Assembly: GCA_951804945.1 (NCBI GenBank)
Contig: OX638150.1
Coordinates: 49,290,001 to 49,354,000 of the forward strand
Reading direction: 5' to 3'
Origin: Podarcis cretensis
Taxonomy: Eukaryota
DNA: 64,000 bases
Shown: positions 1-12,137 of the stretch, piece after piece
Numbering within the stretch: position 1 is the stretch's first letter
Layout: each line of letters opens with the position of its first letter
Translations under genes and position numbers: made by a program
The notes under the pieces: model-generated
What the model was told of the DNA's origin: nothing
Databases searched by the model: none
The model's input: only the letters and a program-made list of their open reading frames with translations

Positions 1-3000
1 TTTTTCCTTCGCCAACTATCTTCTGCTGTCATGGGGCTGCCCCCATTAAGGCAAAGCGGAACTGGAAGCCAGGTGCGAGTCAAGAAAGGCCCTTTTTAGT
101 GCTATTCCATTGTGGATTCATTTGTTTTAATGGATGCATACTCGGCTTGCTAATAGGTTTGTCGAAATCTTAGTTCAGCATGCTCCACGCTAAAGGCAAA
201 GCCCAAAGGCATATTCAGCATTGTTTCCTTAAGCATGTAGAAATGATCTGCAATACCTTGTACAGGTAACTGAGCTGGGGAAATCTTTTTGCCTATAAAT
301 GCACGCTAGCTTGTATAGAACAGGTACCATGCTCTTTGCACTAGAAACTACTTTGATATAAGTCTTAATGCTAAATACACATGCTAAATACAGATATACA
401 GAATCAACAATGCCAAGATTTGGATGGGGCTGTTTGCAAGTGGGATGCCAAGCAAAAGTTGCAGTGTTTATAAATTTGTTGTTAATTCTGAACTGGGAAG
501 AAAAGAGAATTACTAATTTTTTTTTATCGACATATTAAATTTAATCCGACCCTTTGTCCCAAAGGAGCCCTGTAGCCATACTCTGTTCATCCATTTTTGA
601 AGCAGCGAACAGAACTCACTTATGATCCTCTCAATTGGTCAGTGATGGAAGTGCTATGTGAAAATGGAAGCAACCTTTATATTTACTAGGCGAAAGTGAA
701 TAGAGCTGTCAAAAGAACTTATGAGCTTAAAGATTAAAATTCTGTGAAGTCTGCTCCATTAGCTCGTGCATGCACGAGCCTGCTTAGCATCAGGGAAGTA
801 GATGAGAGCGTTCAGGAATCCTGGCTTGCAGAAGAATACAAGTTGCGCTGGCAGAGCTTCACATAGCATTGCATAAAAGTGTGAAAAAATTGGATCAGGC
901 TTTTGGCTCAAAAGCACAATGAAGCAACCCACAGTGATAAGAATGTGCTGCAGCATCCTGTTCCAATAACTTGCATGGATGTCTTCCAAGATCCTGTGCT
1001 TTTGATCAGAAAGTGATTTACGGAAAAGATACCCAAGTTTTTAAAAAGAGGGAGGGGAAGATGATCTGGGAAAGATGCAAATAGCTGCAATGCTCTCTTG
1101 TGGCTTAGGATTGTGAAGGCCTACACCACATGCTGAACAGAATGAGTACAATTCTCAGTTTAGCCATTGATTCTGAGTAGCTTGGTCGCAAGTGAAAGAG
1201 CCACAAAATATCAAGCATAATTAATGGTCATAATGTTCAGCCTTACCACTGAAGTGCAACTTGGTGCGAAAAGAATTCAAGAAAAAAGCTGATGAATCTA
1301 TATTGATGAATCTATCCAACACATTACAAGACTACGGCTATCAAATGTTGACACACACTTGAAAATGATTGTGTCCTTTCTCTTCTAACAGGACAAGTGA
1401 ATTCAGAAGTAAAGCCATTTTCATTTGAGTTGGACATACTCCCTAGGTAAGTGGAGATCTTAGGGATCAGGAACTGGCTACATAACAAAGACAGTTCTCC
1501 CATGTAGAAAGTAGTTTCCCCCAAGGATTGCTATTGGTACCCGTGTTTTTTTAATTGGTTCATAAACTATATTGAGTTAGGGACGAGCAGTGAGGGTCAT
1601 TAAAACAAAAAGGATTGCAAAGAGCTCCAAAAGGGCCTCTCCAAACTAAGTTAATGGGTAGCAAAATGCATAAAGGGCAGGATTCAAACACGTTGTTGTG
1701 TATGTGGAACAAGGTCTGCTCATGTAATGAGTCTTCCTCTGCACCCTCTAAATCTTCTCTGGAGAGTAGGTGGGGCACCCATAGACCACATTTAGGAGGT
1801 GCATAGGGGGAGGAGAGGAAGGAAAGTTCTACTGCATGAGCAGACCTCATCCCCTGCACACATACCTGACTCAGCGCTATGTTGGATTCCACATAATATG
1901 CATCTATCCCTTATGGAGTAGTTGCTAGACGTTATGCATTTCTTAAATGGATCCGGTAAGGAATTATAAGGATAATGAACGTAGCTCCTACAAGAGGGTT
2001 GTATCTTTAATTGGTTGCCAACATTGAGTAATACTTTGGTAATCAGAAGGCTTAGGAAACATTTGCCCTGAAAAATATTGGAAGGGCTTTATTTGCTTTT
2101 AAATGTCTTCAAAAAATGAAAGCTTCAGCATTGTTGACTGAATAAACAAAAGGGTTGCAAAGACAGGCGAAACAGACCCATATGATCCTATCTGAAATAA
2201 ATATATGGATGTATTTGCTGAATTTTTCACACTTAACTAATGTTCAGGTCATGTTGGCTAGCATAAAACCAGCCATAATTGCACTCTGTATGTAGAGGCC
2301 ACATGGAGTGGTAGTTTGAGCTTGTGGACTCCTGCTAAACCAAAATAAAGCTGCACTGGCCACCCTCAGCTATTTATATAAACTACTGTGCTTTCATATA
2401 GCTAGCTCTGCTATTGCTAATAATCTCACGATGGCTTAAAGATGGCATAATCTTTCAAATATGGAGAGGGGGGCTTCTCATGGGTGGAATGTATGAATAG
2501 AATGTCTTCAAAGAGTAATTTGTTTTTCACAGTCTGTGAGCTAAGTGATTCCAACCTTAAATTATCATACGTTAGCAATAGCTACTGCTGTCTTAGTAAT
2601 ACAAGTAAATGATGTATTAGACTAAACACTGTTAAGATGGAAGTTGCATATCAAGGTGGTAATTATCTACCTTCTGTTGGCACTAAAATCTTCAGTGAGA
2701 GCAGCGGTCTTTTCTGTTGGAGCTGTTGAGTGGTACTCAATCCTAATGTAGTGTTAGCATATATTAGCTCTTCCTCTGAGACACTCAGCTGCATGCACAG
2801 AGCGGGTCAGAACCACTCCGACTGCTGATGACATCCCTGCTAATGAAATTTGGCTGAATTAGTAAGTAAGGGTTGTAATTGTTACAAACCATCTGGGAAT
2901 ACATGTCCCTTTCCTTTGGCTAGCTGAGCACACAGATGTTGTGGGTGTGGCCAGCTGCCATGGTCCTGCCCCATGTGCAATGCAGAATATGTGAAGAAAA

Positions 3001-3913
3001 CAAGTGAAAGGGGCTGTTATATCCTCCATTCCCTTGGAGGCAGAATGGAAGATGTGCAGGTGAATGAACTTTAGGCAGGATAAGTGGGATCTGCAGCAAC
3101 ACATTGCAGTGTGCAGTGCTGCTGTCCAGTGTTCCAGTCCAGGGAGGGTGCAGGCTGGTGGGAAAGTGAGTGGGTGGGTGGGTGCCTATGCTTTTGTTCC
3201 TCTGCCATCCTTCTGCAGCCACTCTTCCCATTCTTTGTTTCAGTCTGTCCCTCCACCACTCAACAGTTGCTCAGCATTGTGTGGGCACTAAGCATTCTCA
3301 ATCCCTACTGGTATGTTTTTTGGGGGGAGGGTTCTCCTCTCCTCTTACATTTTCTTCTCCTATAGGTGTTTTTCCCCCACCCATACTTCTACATGTTGTG
3401 CAATTCACCAAAATATCCTGATACTTCACTCTTGCCCATTGCTGTTGGTCTTTTGGCTATGTAAGCAATGTAAGTGGAATGTTTGAATAATTAACAGGAA
3501 TATGTATAAACACCTTGTAAGCAAGTCAGGATGACTGCTGGATCAATGCTCATATAAGCACCCCATTAAAAAATCAGGAGAAATGCTCAATAAAGATCAG
3601 ACATAGTCCAATCACCGTGTTAACTTTGTGCAAGCAAATCAGGATGAATGCTGAATGCCATCTGCATGAGTCCAAATATAATTGGCATCATTCACCTAAA
3701 GAGCCCTATCAGAAGTCCTGCACAAGGAGTTGCGCTTGCATAACAGGACTCCGCCCCCTACCCCTGTGCACCCCCAAAATTGGCTGAGGGGTGTGTGTTG
3801 AACAGCAAACTGGTGGGGGGGGCAGGGGGGAGTGACCACTCAGTCTGGCAGGCTGAAAAGCTTGAGCAGACAGAATGTTCATCAAAGTGTGATGTTTAAT
3901 TCCATCGCATATA

Positions 3914-4146
3914 CAGTGGTGCCTCGGGTTAAGTACTTAATTCGTTCCAGAGGTCCGTACTTAACCTGAAACTATTCTTAACCTGAAGCACCACTTTAGC
4001 TAATGGGGCCTCCTGCTGCCGCCGTGCCCGATTTCTGTTCTCATCCTGAAGCAAAGTTCTTAACCTGAAGCACTATTTCTGGGTTAGCGGAGTCTATAAC
4101 CTGAAGCATATGTAACCTGAAGCGTATGTAACCTGAGGTACCACTG
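3914..4146. mobile_element. Tigger/pogo-like MITE, family A
   Basis: TIRs CAGTGGTGCCTC...GAGGTACCACTG, TA on both sides, core CCACTTTAGCTAATGGGGCCTCC shared with five other copies. Confidence 0.9.
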
Positions 4147-5403
4147 TATAAGCTTTCACAATGTCTTCCTTTATCTTTTAATCTCACCTTGCAAAGGAGT
4201 TTTCCTCTGTGCGTATTTAATGTATTTCCAACACCTTCACTGTCTGAGGAAGTAATCTTCATTTTATGAAAGCTCATACTGCAATAAATTACTAGGTCTT
4301 TAAAGTGTCATACGACTCTTTTCCTTACGGGAATTAATAATTTTCTGAAAACACTGTTTTCTTTTTCTTTTTTTATTAGAAAATGTATCAAGCAATTTGT
4401 CACTAGCCATTACAATAAATCTTAAATAAATCATATACAGTCCCATTTCCATGAATCATGGCTCCAAATACAATTTAAGAATAAAAAACAAACCATACAT
4501 CTAAAACCAGGAAATTTCACACTTGGAAAAATCTATTAAAAATAAACAAATCTTACATTTCATCACCGTCTGGTCTGTGATCTACTTCCACTGTAAATAA
4601 TAGGAAAGTTGCTCATTGTTACTACTCACATTTTAGTAATCTATTGCTTTCATGTCTTGATGGACTTTCCAACTTCCATTCTTTTACAGACTTGGCTAGT
4701 TCTAGGAATGTGGGCCTTGTGTTTGTCACAGCTCCAGCACTGTCTCACATGCCTGTAGGCAAATTTAAAATAAATATTGTCTGGTGTCCACTGTCAACCC
4801 AAAGTGCAGCCACTAAGTGCTTTGGAGGTCCCTACGTGGTTTCTGTAGGGTTGAACAAGCCCAGAATCCTTCTGAACCATCTGCTTCAAGATTCAGGATT
4901 CATTCAAATCTGCTGCACACCCCTAATATTAACAGAACCTTTAGTTTAGTTATAACTGCTGATATACTTAGTAGTATACAGCTACTAATAAGTGTTTGAA
5001 ATAAGGCTTGTGACTTCATATTAAATGTTTCTTAAAATGTTACTGGAAATAGTATATTTATTTGCAGTTTATTTCATATTTGCAAATGATTGTCTTAGAT
5101 ACTTTTTTCTTTTTGCTACACAACCGCCATGGGTCCAAATCATATTCCTTGGTTGTCCGCTAGCTGGGACTGGATAGTCAGTTTAAAGTAACCTACACAC
5201 CAGTCACACTAGTCTTGCAGTGTTCATACTGGTGATCTTTCTAAAATTAATTCCCATCACTTAAATCAAAGGTATTACTATTACTTCAATATTTAACCAG
5301 CATAAATGCTTGTGTCAGGAACTGCAAAGGCTGGAACAGAGATTGTCTTGGCTGAGTTTACTGTCACTGGAATACACCTAGATTGGCCTGGTGAAAAGAA
5401 GAG

Positions 5404-5637
5404 TTTGGATTTGATATCCTGCTTTATCACTACCCTAAGGACTCTCAAAGCGGCTCACATTCTCCTTTCCCCTCCTCCTCCACAACAAACTCTCTGTGAG
5501 GTGAGTGAGGCTGAGAGACTTCAGAGAAGTGTGACTGGCCCAAGGTCACCTAGCAGCTGCATGTGGAGGAGCGGAGATACGAACCCAGTTTCCCAGATTA
5601 CAAGTCTACTGCTCTTAACCACTACACCACACTGGCT
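5404..5637 (-). mobile_element. Squam3-like tRNA-derived SINE
   Basis: Reverse-complemented head TTAACCACTACACCACACTGGCTC and core TGACTGGCCCAAGGTCACC. Confidence 0.75.
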
Positions 5638-8600
5638 CCTCCGTGTGGGGAGGGGAGGGTTCTTTCACATTTAATAGTTGTGTAAAATAGGAAGCCCTGT
5701 TGTTTTTCACACTGACTGTGTCCAAGGTGTACCAGAAAACAGACTGGAGGAAATTCAGGCCATATGGCAGCCCTACCTTTCCTTCATAATAAATATATTA
5801 AGAAATAGATTAAACAAATGAAAGAGAAATGGGAAAAGCAACCCTAAACTCACAGAACAGCAAAGCTCAAATCTTGCTCCCCATTATTTTACGCACAAAA
5901 TTCAGTATAATGAAGAAATGTGTATAACTGCCACAAGAGGGAGCTAATGCATAATAATTGAACAGATATGCAGCATTCAAGTCAGATTTGTGCAGAAGAA
6001 CTCCATGGACTTTCAGACCGGATTTTGTAGATGTGCAAGTCAGTGTACTGTAACACATTTCTCCTTTTCTCTGCCCCCCCCCCCAGCTTTCCTGGCTGCT
6101 TATAAGTAAGAGTTTGTTACTTTTTGAATTAATAACAAAAAATAGAAATTATTTTAAGGGTGAGTTTTTACAGAAAATGAATATAAGAAAAGAGTAAGTA
6201 ATCATACAGTCAGGAAGCAGACGCCTGTTGGGTTAGTTTGAAATAATAATAAAACATTATTTGAAATAAAAAACACTATTTGCCTTTTATTTTTGTAATC
6301 TGTTTCTTATTACTTGCTAGAGATGTGTAGGGATAGGATGAGTAGGGGGAAGTATGTTGGGGTGGGAGGGCTCTGGCCCGTCATATCTCTAGCTGCTCCT
6401 AAGTATATGATGTAATTATTTAAACATATAATAGTCTGCAGATAAAATAAATAAATACAATACTGTATGCATTTCTTCATTTCCCCATTTTAAAACGCCT
6501 CAAACTTTTAAATTGCCAAGTACAAAAGAAGATGTCTGCATCAATTAGCCTCTTTTTAGCAGGGTTCATTTCAGAAGGGGATGCCTTCAAATTTTGCAAT
6601 TCTGGCAAATAATAATAATATACAAACATTAAGATTCCTAACATAGCCAGTGATGAAGGCTTTGGAAAATGAGACAAGTTGAGGCTCTGTCTCCTAAGCC
6701 ACAGCATGATGTCAGTCCAGGCCTACTTGCAAACAAGGCGGGTTCTGAGGAATATAAATATATATTGTTTTGAAGAGTGCTGCCAGATAATATGCTGAAG
6801 GCATTCCACTGTAGTTGCAAGCATGTGAAATCTCAACAAAGAAGACACCCCTTTCATGCCTCTAGGCTACCCAGTACTGATTGTTCTCAAAATTCTGACA
6901 TGTATAGAAATGAGAAAAATTCCTCTAAGCATGCAGTTGCAATTGGAGATCTGTGATGGAAGAAATTAAAACAAAACAAAATGTAAACTAAAATGTAAAA
7001 GGAAAAACACAGCATGCTGCCATGAAATGACACAATAATAGGCCTCAAGGCCTACAAGGAAAGATGTAGCTTTAAAGGCTATGAACACATTAGGGGCTGA
7101 AAACAGTTTGGTGTTGTCTTCCCGCTCCTCCTCCCCTCACCGCATCATTTCAAGTAGCATCAGGTTGCTGTACAGACCAGAGGGGGGATCTCTTCAGTCG
7201 ATGCACATCACCCAGTGCTGAACTCTTTATCACTGAAGCTGTCATCTGCACATGTTCAACGGCTGTCTCTAACGTACACACCTCAGGTTAACCGTGGTTT
7301 CCATTTTCTAATCAGTTGGAAGCTGGTTTTGGGGGAAATACATCAACAGCAGTATTTCTCAAGAAGCTACAGAACAGATATGGATTGCAGCTAATGCCAT
7401 GTATATTTAGCGTCAAACACCAACAGCGGAAGCATGCTGGAACATATAAGTGGTAATATATACACAGTCAAAATATGATTTCTTTTACAAGCTGAAAATA
7501 TTCTTCCATTTCCTTAGGAGGGAAAATGTGACCACACTTTTTACTGTATTTTTGATACACCTTCTAGCCAGGAGGCCAGATAAGATTGCTTTGGGTTCTT
7601 AAGGGATGATGGCTTAAAAACACATAATGAAGCAACTTTGCTGAAGTAGAGCAAGCTTGGGATGGTAAATGTACTTACATCGCCCTCAGTTTACGATGGT
7701 AGAAAGGCAGAATATTATTATTATATTTTTCTTAAAAAAAGACAGAATATAAAAAAAGAGAGAAAGCAAAGTATCTGCTCTGGAACAGGAAACTTTCACT
7801 TGAACATGGAATCCTTTTTGAAGTTCGTAAAACTAGACCACATACTTAAGGAAACTCGTAGAAATAAAAGTAATTAATAATGGTTCATTCATTAAAATGA
7901 AAGTAAACATAAACTTTCAGTTCCATTGGCAAAGTTCAAATTATTTTGAATGAGCTCTTGGTACAATTTTTTTTAAAAAAGCATACAATGGTACATTATA
8001 AAGAGGCTGTTTTTATTCTGAAGTGCAGAATGACTGAAGAAGTTGGCTCTTAATACACGTACAGTGTTTGTTTAGTTTCTGATTGAAGCAATAAGGATGG
8101 GCACTAGAGCAGTACTTAAGGGCTTGTGTAGTTAAATCATAATGCAGCTGCACGTTATTAAACTGCAAACTCTATGCTAGAAAAATAGTCTGTTTGTTAA
8201 GAAAGTTGGATCACTGCCTAAATAGCACTTGGTTCCTTCTGCTGCTGCCCTTTTTCAACTCCTGATTTTATTTTGAGAAAAGATAATGCTAGGTGTACCA
8301 GCCTTCCTTAACCACTGAATAAAATGTGACATATCTACTTTTTCATTGTGTAGCCAAATAAAACATGTGAATTCCATATCAGTACTGTATTATTATTTCC
8401 TACTCTAAGTTCATTCTCAACATAACAGAAAGCAGGTTAGGTTATTGCCAGTTTGAGTGGGGGAGGGGAGCAGCAGTTGTGGTCCACAGTTGTGTGTAGT
8501 TGCGGCACTGAGGTAATCTTCCATCTTTGATGCAGCCAGGGAAGGACATCATTTCCTCATTCACCAGCTGCACTGGCTGCTGGGGCTTGCCTGGTTGCAG

Positions 8601-8949
8601 TCAATCGTGGGTGAGCCTGGGGTGCTGTTTAGGGAGTGGTCTAGAAGGAAAGCTTCTTTCCTCTGGCCTGCTCCCTGGCTATAAAAGTCCGCTGTACCCA
8701 GGCTTCAGCCTCACCCAGTCAGCCCTGGATTCTTCACCTACCCATCCCATGCTTTATGTGTAGGACTGCCCAAGGGTGAGCAGGCAGGCGCTGCTGCGTA
8801 AGATCTTGCTATGGAAGCCTTCAGTCACTATGGAATTTACCTTCAGACAAATTAGGCTCATCTGGGGTTTTGCCTACCTCATATCATTTATCACAACTTG
8901 AGAGTAGGGCATGTCCCTACTCTCCCTCCCATACAGTTGTCAATCACAT

Positions 8950-9150
8950 GGAATACGGCTCCAGTGACAGGTAATTTGGGGCATTGTTCTCTTGGAAGTA
9001 GATGGAAGTGTTATAGACAACACATAACACCCATACTCAAAAATCTGGATTGGCTCTTAGGATCTGCACCAGCTGAAATGTCTGAATAGTCTTCCAAGGC
9101 AGTCCCAGGAGGACTGCGCTGCAGTAGTCCATGCCACAGTTACAAAATAA
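8950..9150. mobile_element. Rearranged L2 ORF2 remnant
   Basis: The - strand encodes MDYCSAVLLGLPWKTIQTFQLVQ and the + strand YRQHITPILKNLDWL; both are L2 ORF2 C-terminal motifs. Confidence 0.6.
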
Positions 9151-9273
9151 TGTATTACAGCTGGTTCCTGGGGAACAGGCACAGCTGGTGGTGAAGTAGC
9201 TGAAGCTTGCAAAAGATATCTCTACTTTAGGAGCAAACATACAATGTAATTGATGGCAACAGTGTTTAATGTA

Positions 9274-9511
9274 CAGTCACACCTTGGGTTGAAGTAGCTT
9301 CAGGTTAAGTATTTTCGGGTTGTGCTCCATGGTGACCCGGAAGTAAGAGCGCGTTACTTCCAGGTTTCACCGCTCGTGCATGCGCTCAAAATGACATCAC
9401 ACGCATGCGCAGAAGCAGCGAATTGCGGCCCGTGCACACATGGGTTGCGTTCCTTTCAGGGTGCTAAAGGGGTTCTGGAACGGATCCCGTTCGCATCCAG
9501 AGGTACCACTG
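9274..9511. mobile_element. Tigger/pogo-like MITE, family D
   Basis: TA|CAGTCACACCTTGGGTTG...CATCCAGAGGTACCACTG|TA; a related 27-bp left end sits at 11549-11575. Confidence 0.8.
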
Positions 9512-10472
9512 TATCGTTATTTTGTACGTTAGCAAGTGTATTTTGTTTCTTAGCATGAGTTTCTCCACTTCAGGTCTACTTGCTTCATAGATGTGAAGCA
9601 TGCTGAATGTGAGAAAGTAAACGGACAGATGTCTTTTGTGAAGAAAGAAGTGTTGGGGACTGAGCTACTTGAAAGAATAAAAATAGTGGAAACGGAGAGC
9701 CGATCTGATGCGCCTTTATTATTCTAACACTTGCGACGTACTTAGTAACAAAACAAGACAGAGCAGGCGTCGTCGCTCTATAGGAGAAAGCAGCAGCACT
9801 GTATCGCCAGCTGCTTACTCCCGCCAGTCTTTACGAAGGAAAAAGGGATGACGGGAAGTAAGGAAGGCAGGGAAAAGGGTGTCGTAAAATGAAGAACTTT
9901 AAAAATGGCGACTCCGCCCAGCCAGCTATGTATTTGCAGGGCTCTGGAAGCGCCTGTTCTTCCGTGCGGAGCTGCCGCCGGTGCCTATTTATCACGGCAG
10001 AAGCATTCAACCTGCCACAAGAAAAGGACGCCGGAGAGAACGGCTCCTTAATACACGGCTGGTAAAGTTAGCATTTGTAACCCTATCCCATTCCGTTCCC
10101 GACATTTCACCTACTTTTGCGCCCTGCCTATTGATCTCCTGCGCTTGCCCGCTTTTTTACGGAGAGATGTCTTTTAGGTAATGTATAGGGCAGCTGCCAC
10201 GGGCGAGCCCGCTCAACGGGACACTTCCCTGCTCTTAGCTGGGGAGTAGAGGGAGGGAAGCCCCTTCGTCGCGTCGCTTTTGGCTATAGCGGAGCCCGCG
10301 CGCCTCAAACGAGCTCTCGCTAGATGCTTAACGCAGAGAGGTTTCCGGACCTGCGCGCGCATCTGGAGCTGGGCTGCCCCGCCCCCCTGCCCCGACCAAC
10401 CCACAAAAGGGAAAGCAATAAAGTATCGTGAGATTTGGGCCGTCTCGCGCGGGGACGGAGGCTGGGCGGGGG

Positions 10473-10486
10473 GGCCGAAATTTAAA
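10473..10486 (+). promoter_or_regulatory. SPDL1: CDE/CHR-like cell-cycle element (GC-rich box followed by TTTAAA)
   Basis: GGCCGAAATTTAAA directly after a GC box and just ahead of exon 1. TTTAAA is a known CHR variant bound by MuvB/DREAM in G2/M genes. Confidence 0.6.
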
Positions 10487-10557
10487 CTGGAGACCTGGCG
10501 GATCTTTCTGTTGCTTCCCCAGCAGCCGGAACTGGGGACGTTTGCAAGGAGACGCAG
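10487..10557 (+). other. SPDL1: SPDL1 non-coding exon 1 (start approximate)
   Basis: Strong donor CAG|GTGAGC at 10557/10558 inside the CpG island; the ATG lies in the next exon. Confidence 0.7.
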
Positions 10558-11067
10558 GTGAGCGGCAATTGAGAGGGGGCGAGAGGAGTTTATTTTCTCT
10601 TTCTTTCCGTTTGGCTTTCCTGTTTCTCTGTTTGCTGAGGGAAATGCTTGGCGGGTGTGGGGGTTATAGAGAGGGGCTGCTGTGTGGAAGGATTATCAGA
10701 GGAAGGATTCTCCCACCACCCCCGCTCCTCCTCCTCCTCCTCTCTCTGCCTTTCTCTAGGAAACCCTTTTGCGATGGTCGCCAACTGCTTTTTAAAACGG
10801 TCCTGCTCTTGAGTTTTCAGTGGCGCGAGTTGAGGTGAAACACCCCGACCCAATTGTATCTCTGTTCTGGGGAGCGGGGAGATCCACCTGCTGAATTTAG
10901 TGCTAAGAGGCTTTCTTCACTTCTCCTCCCGTAGGCTGCTTCAAAGCAAATGAAACACAGGGATGCTCTTCCCTCTTGTCTTTTTCCACATCTCCGCTCG
11001 CTTATCCTTTCCTCCACTCGGTTTTCCTCAACTTGCTTTCTTGAGTGGCGCCTGAGCCACTTGCCTT

Positions 11068-11545
11068 TCTTTTTAATAACATTTTATTAATTTTCCAAAA
11101 ATAATAACAAAACAAAACAAATTGACTTCCCTCCCATCCTTAGTTAAATAGTTTATCAAGATACTGCATGTCCATTGTTAAGTTTTTAACATACTTAAAT
11201 AATGTATTATCCATTCATAATAACATTAGGTAAAGCTAAAGGGACCCCTGACCATTAGGTCCAATCGTGGCCGACTCTGGGGTTGCATTGCTCATCTCAC
11301 TTTATTGGCTGAGGGAGCCGGCGTACAGCTTCCGGGTCATGTGGCCAGCATGACTAAGTATCTGAAAACCCTGCTAATGTATTAACCTGTGTACGTTGCT
11401 TCTGTATATATACAATAAACATCTTCCATTCTTCCTTAAATTCATTATCATCTCTTCCTCTTAATTTCATCGTCAGTTTTGCCATTTCAGCATATTCCAT
11501 TAGTTTAACTTGCCAATCTTCTTTAGATGGGACACCTTCTTTCCA
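11068..11545 (-). mobile_element. L1-type LINE 3' end (ORF2 C-terminus, 3' UTR and A-rich tail), interrupted by a SINE
   Basis: The - strand from 11545 reads WKEGVPSKEDWQVKLMEYAEMAKLTMKLRGRDDNEFKEEWKMFIVYIQKQ, typical of a non-mammalian L1 ORF2 C-terminus; AATAAA and an A-run lie near 11068-11090 on the - strand. Confidence 0.75.
11229..11358 (-). mobile_element. Sauria SINE 3' fragment nested in an L1-like end
   Basis: Closely similar to about 28205-28330. Confidence 0.85.
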
Positions 11546-11829
11546 GTACAGTCATACCTCGGGTTGAAGTTGCTTAGCTGTCAGGCTAGCTTTCTTCCTC
11601 CCATCCCCTCTCCTCCAGCCTTTGTCACAAAGGGTGTGTTGGAGAGCCTGTGTAGTAGCTCCTAATGGCTTGCAAGCATTAGTAAGGAATATTTGCTCTC
11701 CTTGGTCTCCTGATGGAAGTGGTCAGAAAACGAAAGCTTCTGAAATATAGTGCAACTGAGGCGACAACCTCTTCCAGCAAGCATGGTTAGCTCTAGCTGG
11801 AGATGGGAAGGAGCCATCCCTGCAAATTA

Positions 11830-12137
11830 CAGTGGTGCCTCGCAAGACGAAAAGAATCCGTTCCGCGAGTCTCTTCGTCTTGCGGTTTTTTCATCTTGCG
11901 AAGCAACCCTCTTAGCGGATTAGCGCTATTAGCGGCTAAGCGGCTATTAGCGGCTAAGCGGCTATTAGCGGCTTAGTGGTTTAGAAAAAGGGAGAAAAAA
12001 GGGGGAAAAAAATCGCAAGACTCGCAAGACGTTTTCGTCTTGCGAAGCAAGCCCATAGGGAAATTCATCTTGCGAAGCACCTCAAAAACGGAAAACCCTT
12101 TCGTCTAGCGGGTTTTTCGTCTTGCGGGGCACCACTG
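11830..12137. mobile_element. Tigger/pogo-like MITE, family B (internal TAGCGG minisatellite)
   Basis: TIRs CAGTGGTGCCTCGCAAGACGAA...TTCGTCTTGCGGGGCACCACTG, TA TSD; CpG-rich, so probably young. Confidence 0.9.

Larger units (their letters stand above)
9680..10570 (+). promoter_or_regulatory. SPDL1: CpG island / SPDL1 promoter
   Basis: Sharp local rise in CpG and GC content; GC boxes near 10376-10387 and 10464-10472; YY1-like AAAATGGCG at 9902-9910. Boundaries are approximate. Confidence 0.85.

Noticed and set aside
762-779. Perfect 18-bp palindrome GCTCGTGCATGCACGAGC
   Set aside because: About 0.24 such palindromes are expected by chance in 64 kb (64000/4^9), and there is no other support.
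2859-3421. Six overlapping ORFs on both strands
   Set aside because: No recognisable protein motifs or exon structure; consistent with a GC-richer, stop-poor stretch.
1-9200. Exons of a neighbouring gene such as SLIT3 upstream of SPDL1
   Set aside because: No coding exon could be recognised on either strand; the region reads as intergenic DNA with repeats.
10213-11017. ORFs of 60-136 aa over the SPDL1 promoter
   Set aside because: Typical stop-poor CpG-island frames that cross the exon 1 donor and show no recognisable homology.
11913-11982. Regular short repeats that look superficially like a CRISPR array
   Set aside because: No unique spacers, eukaryotic context, and the repeats lie inside a MITE.
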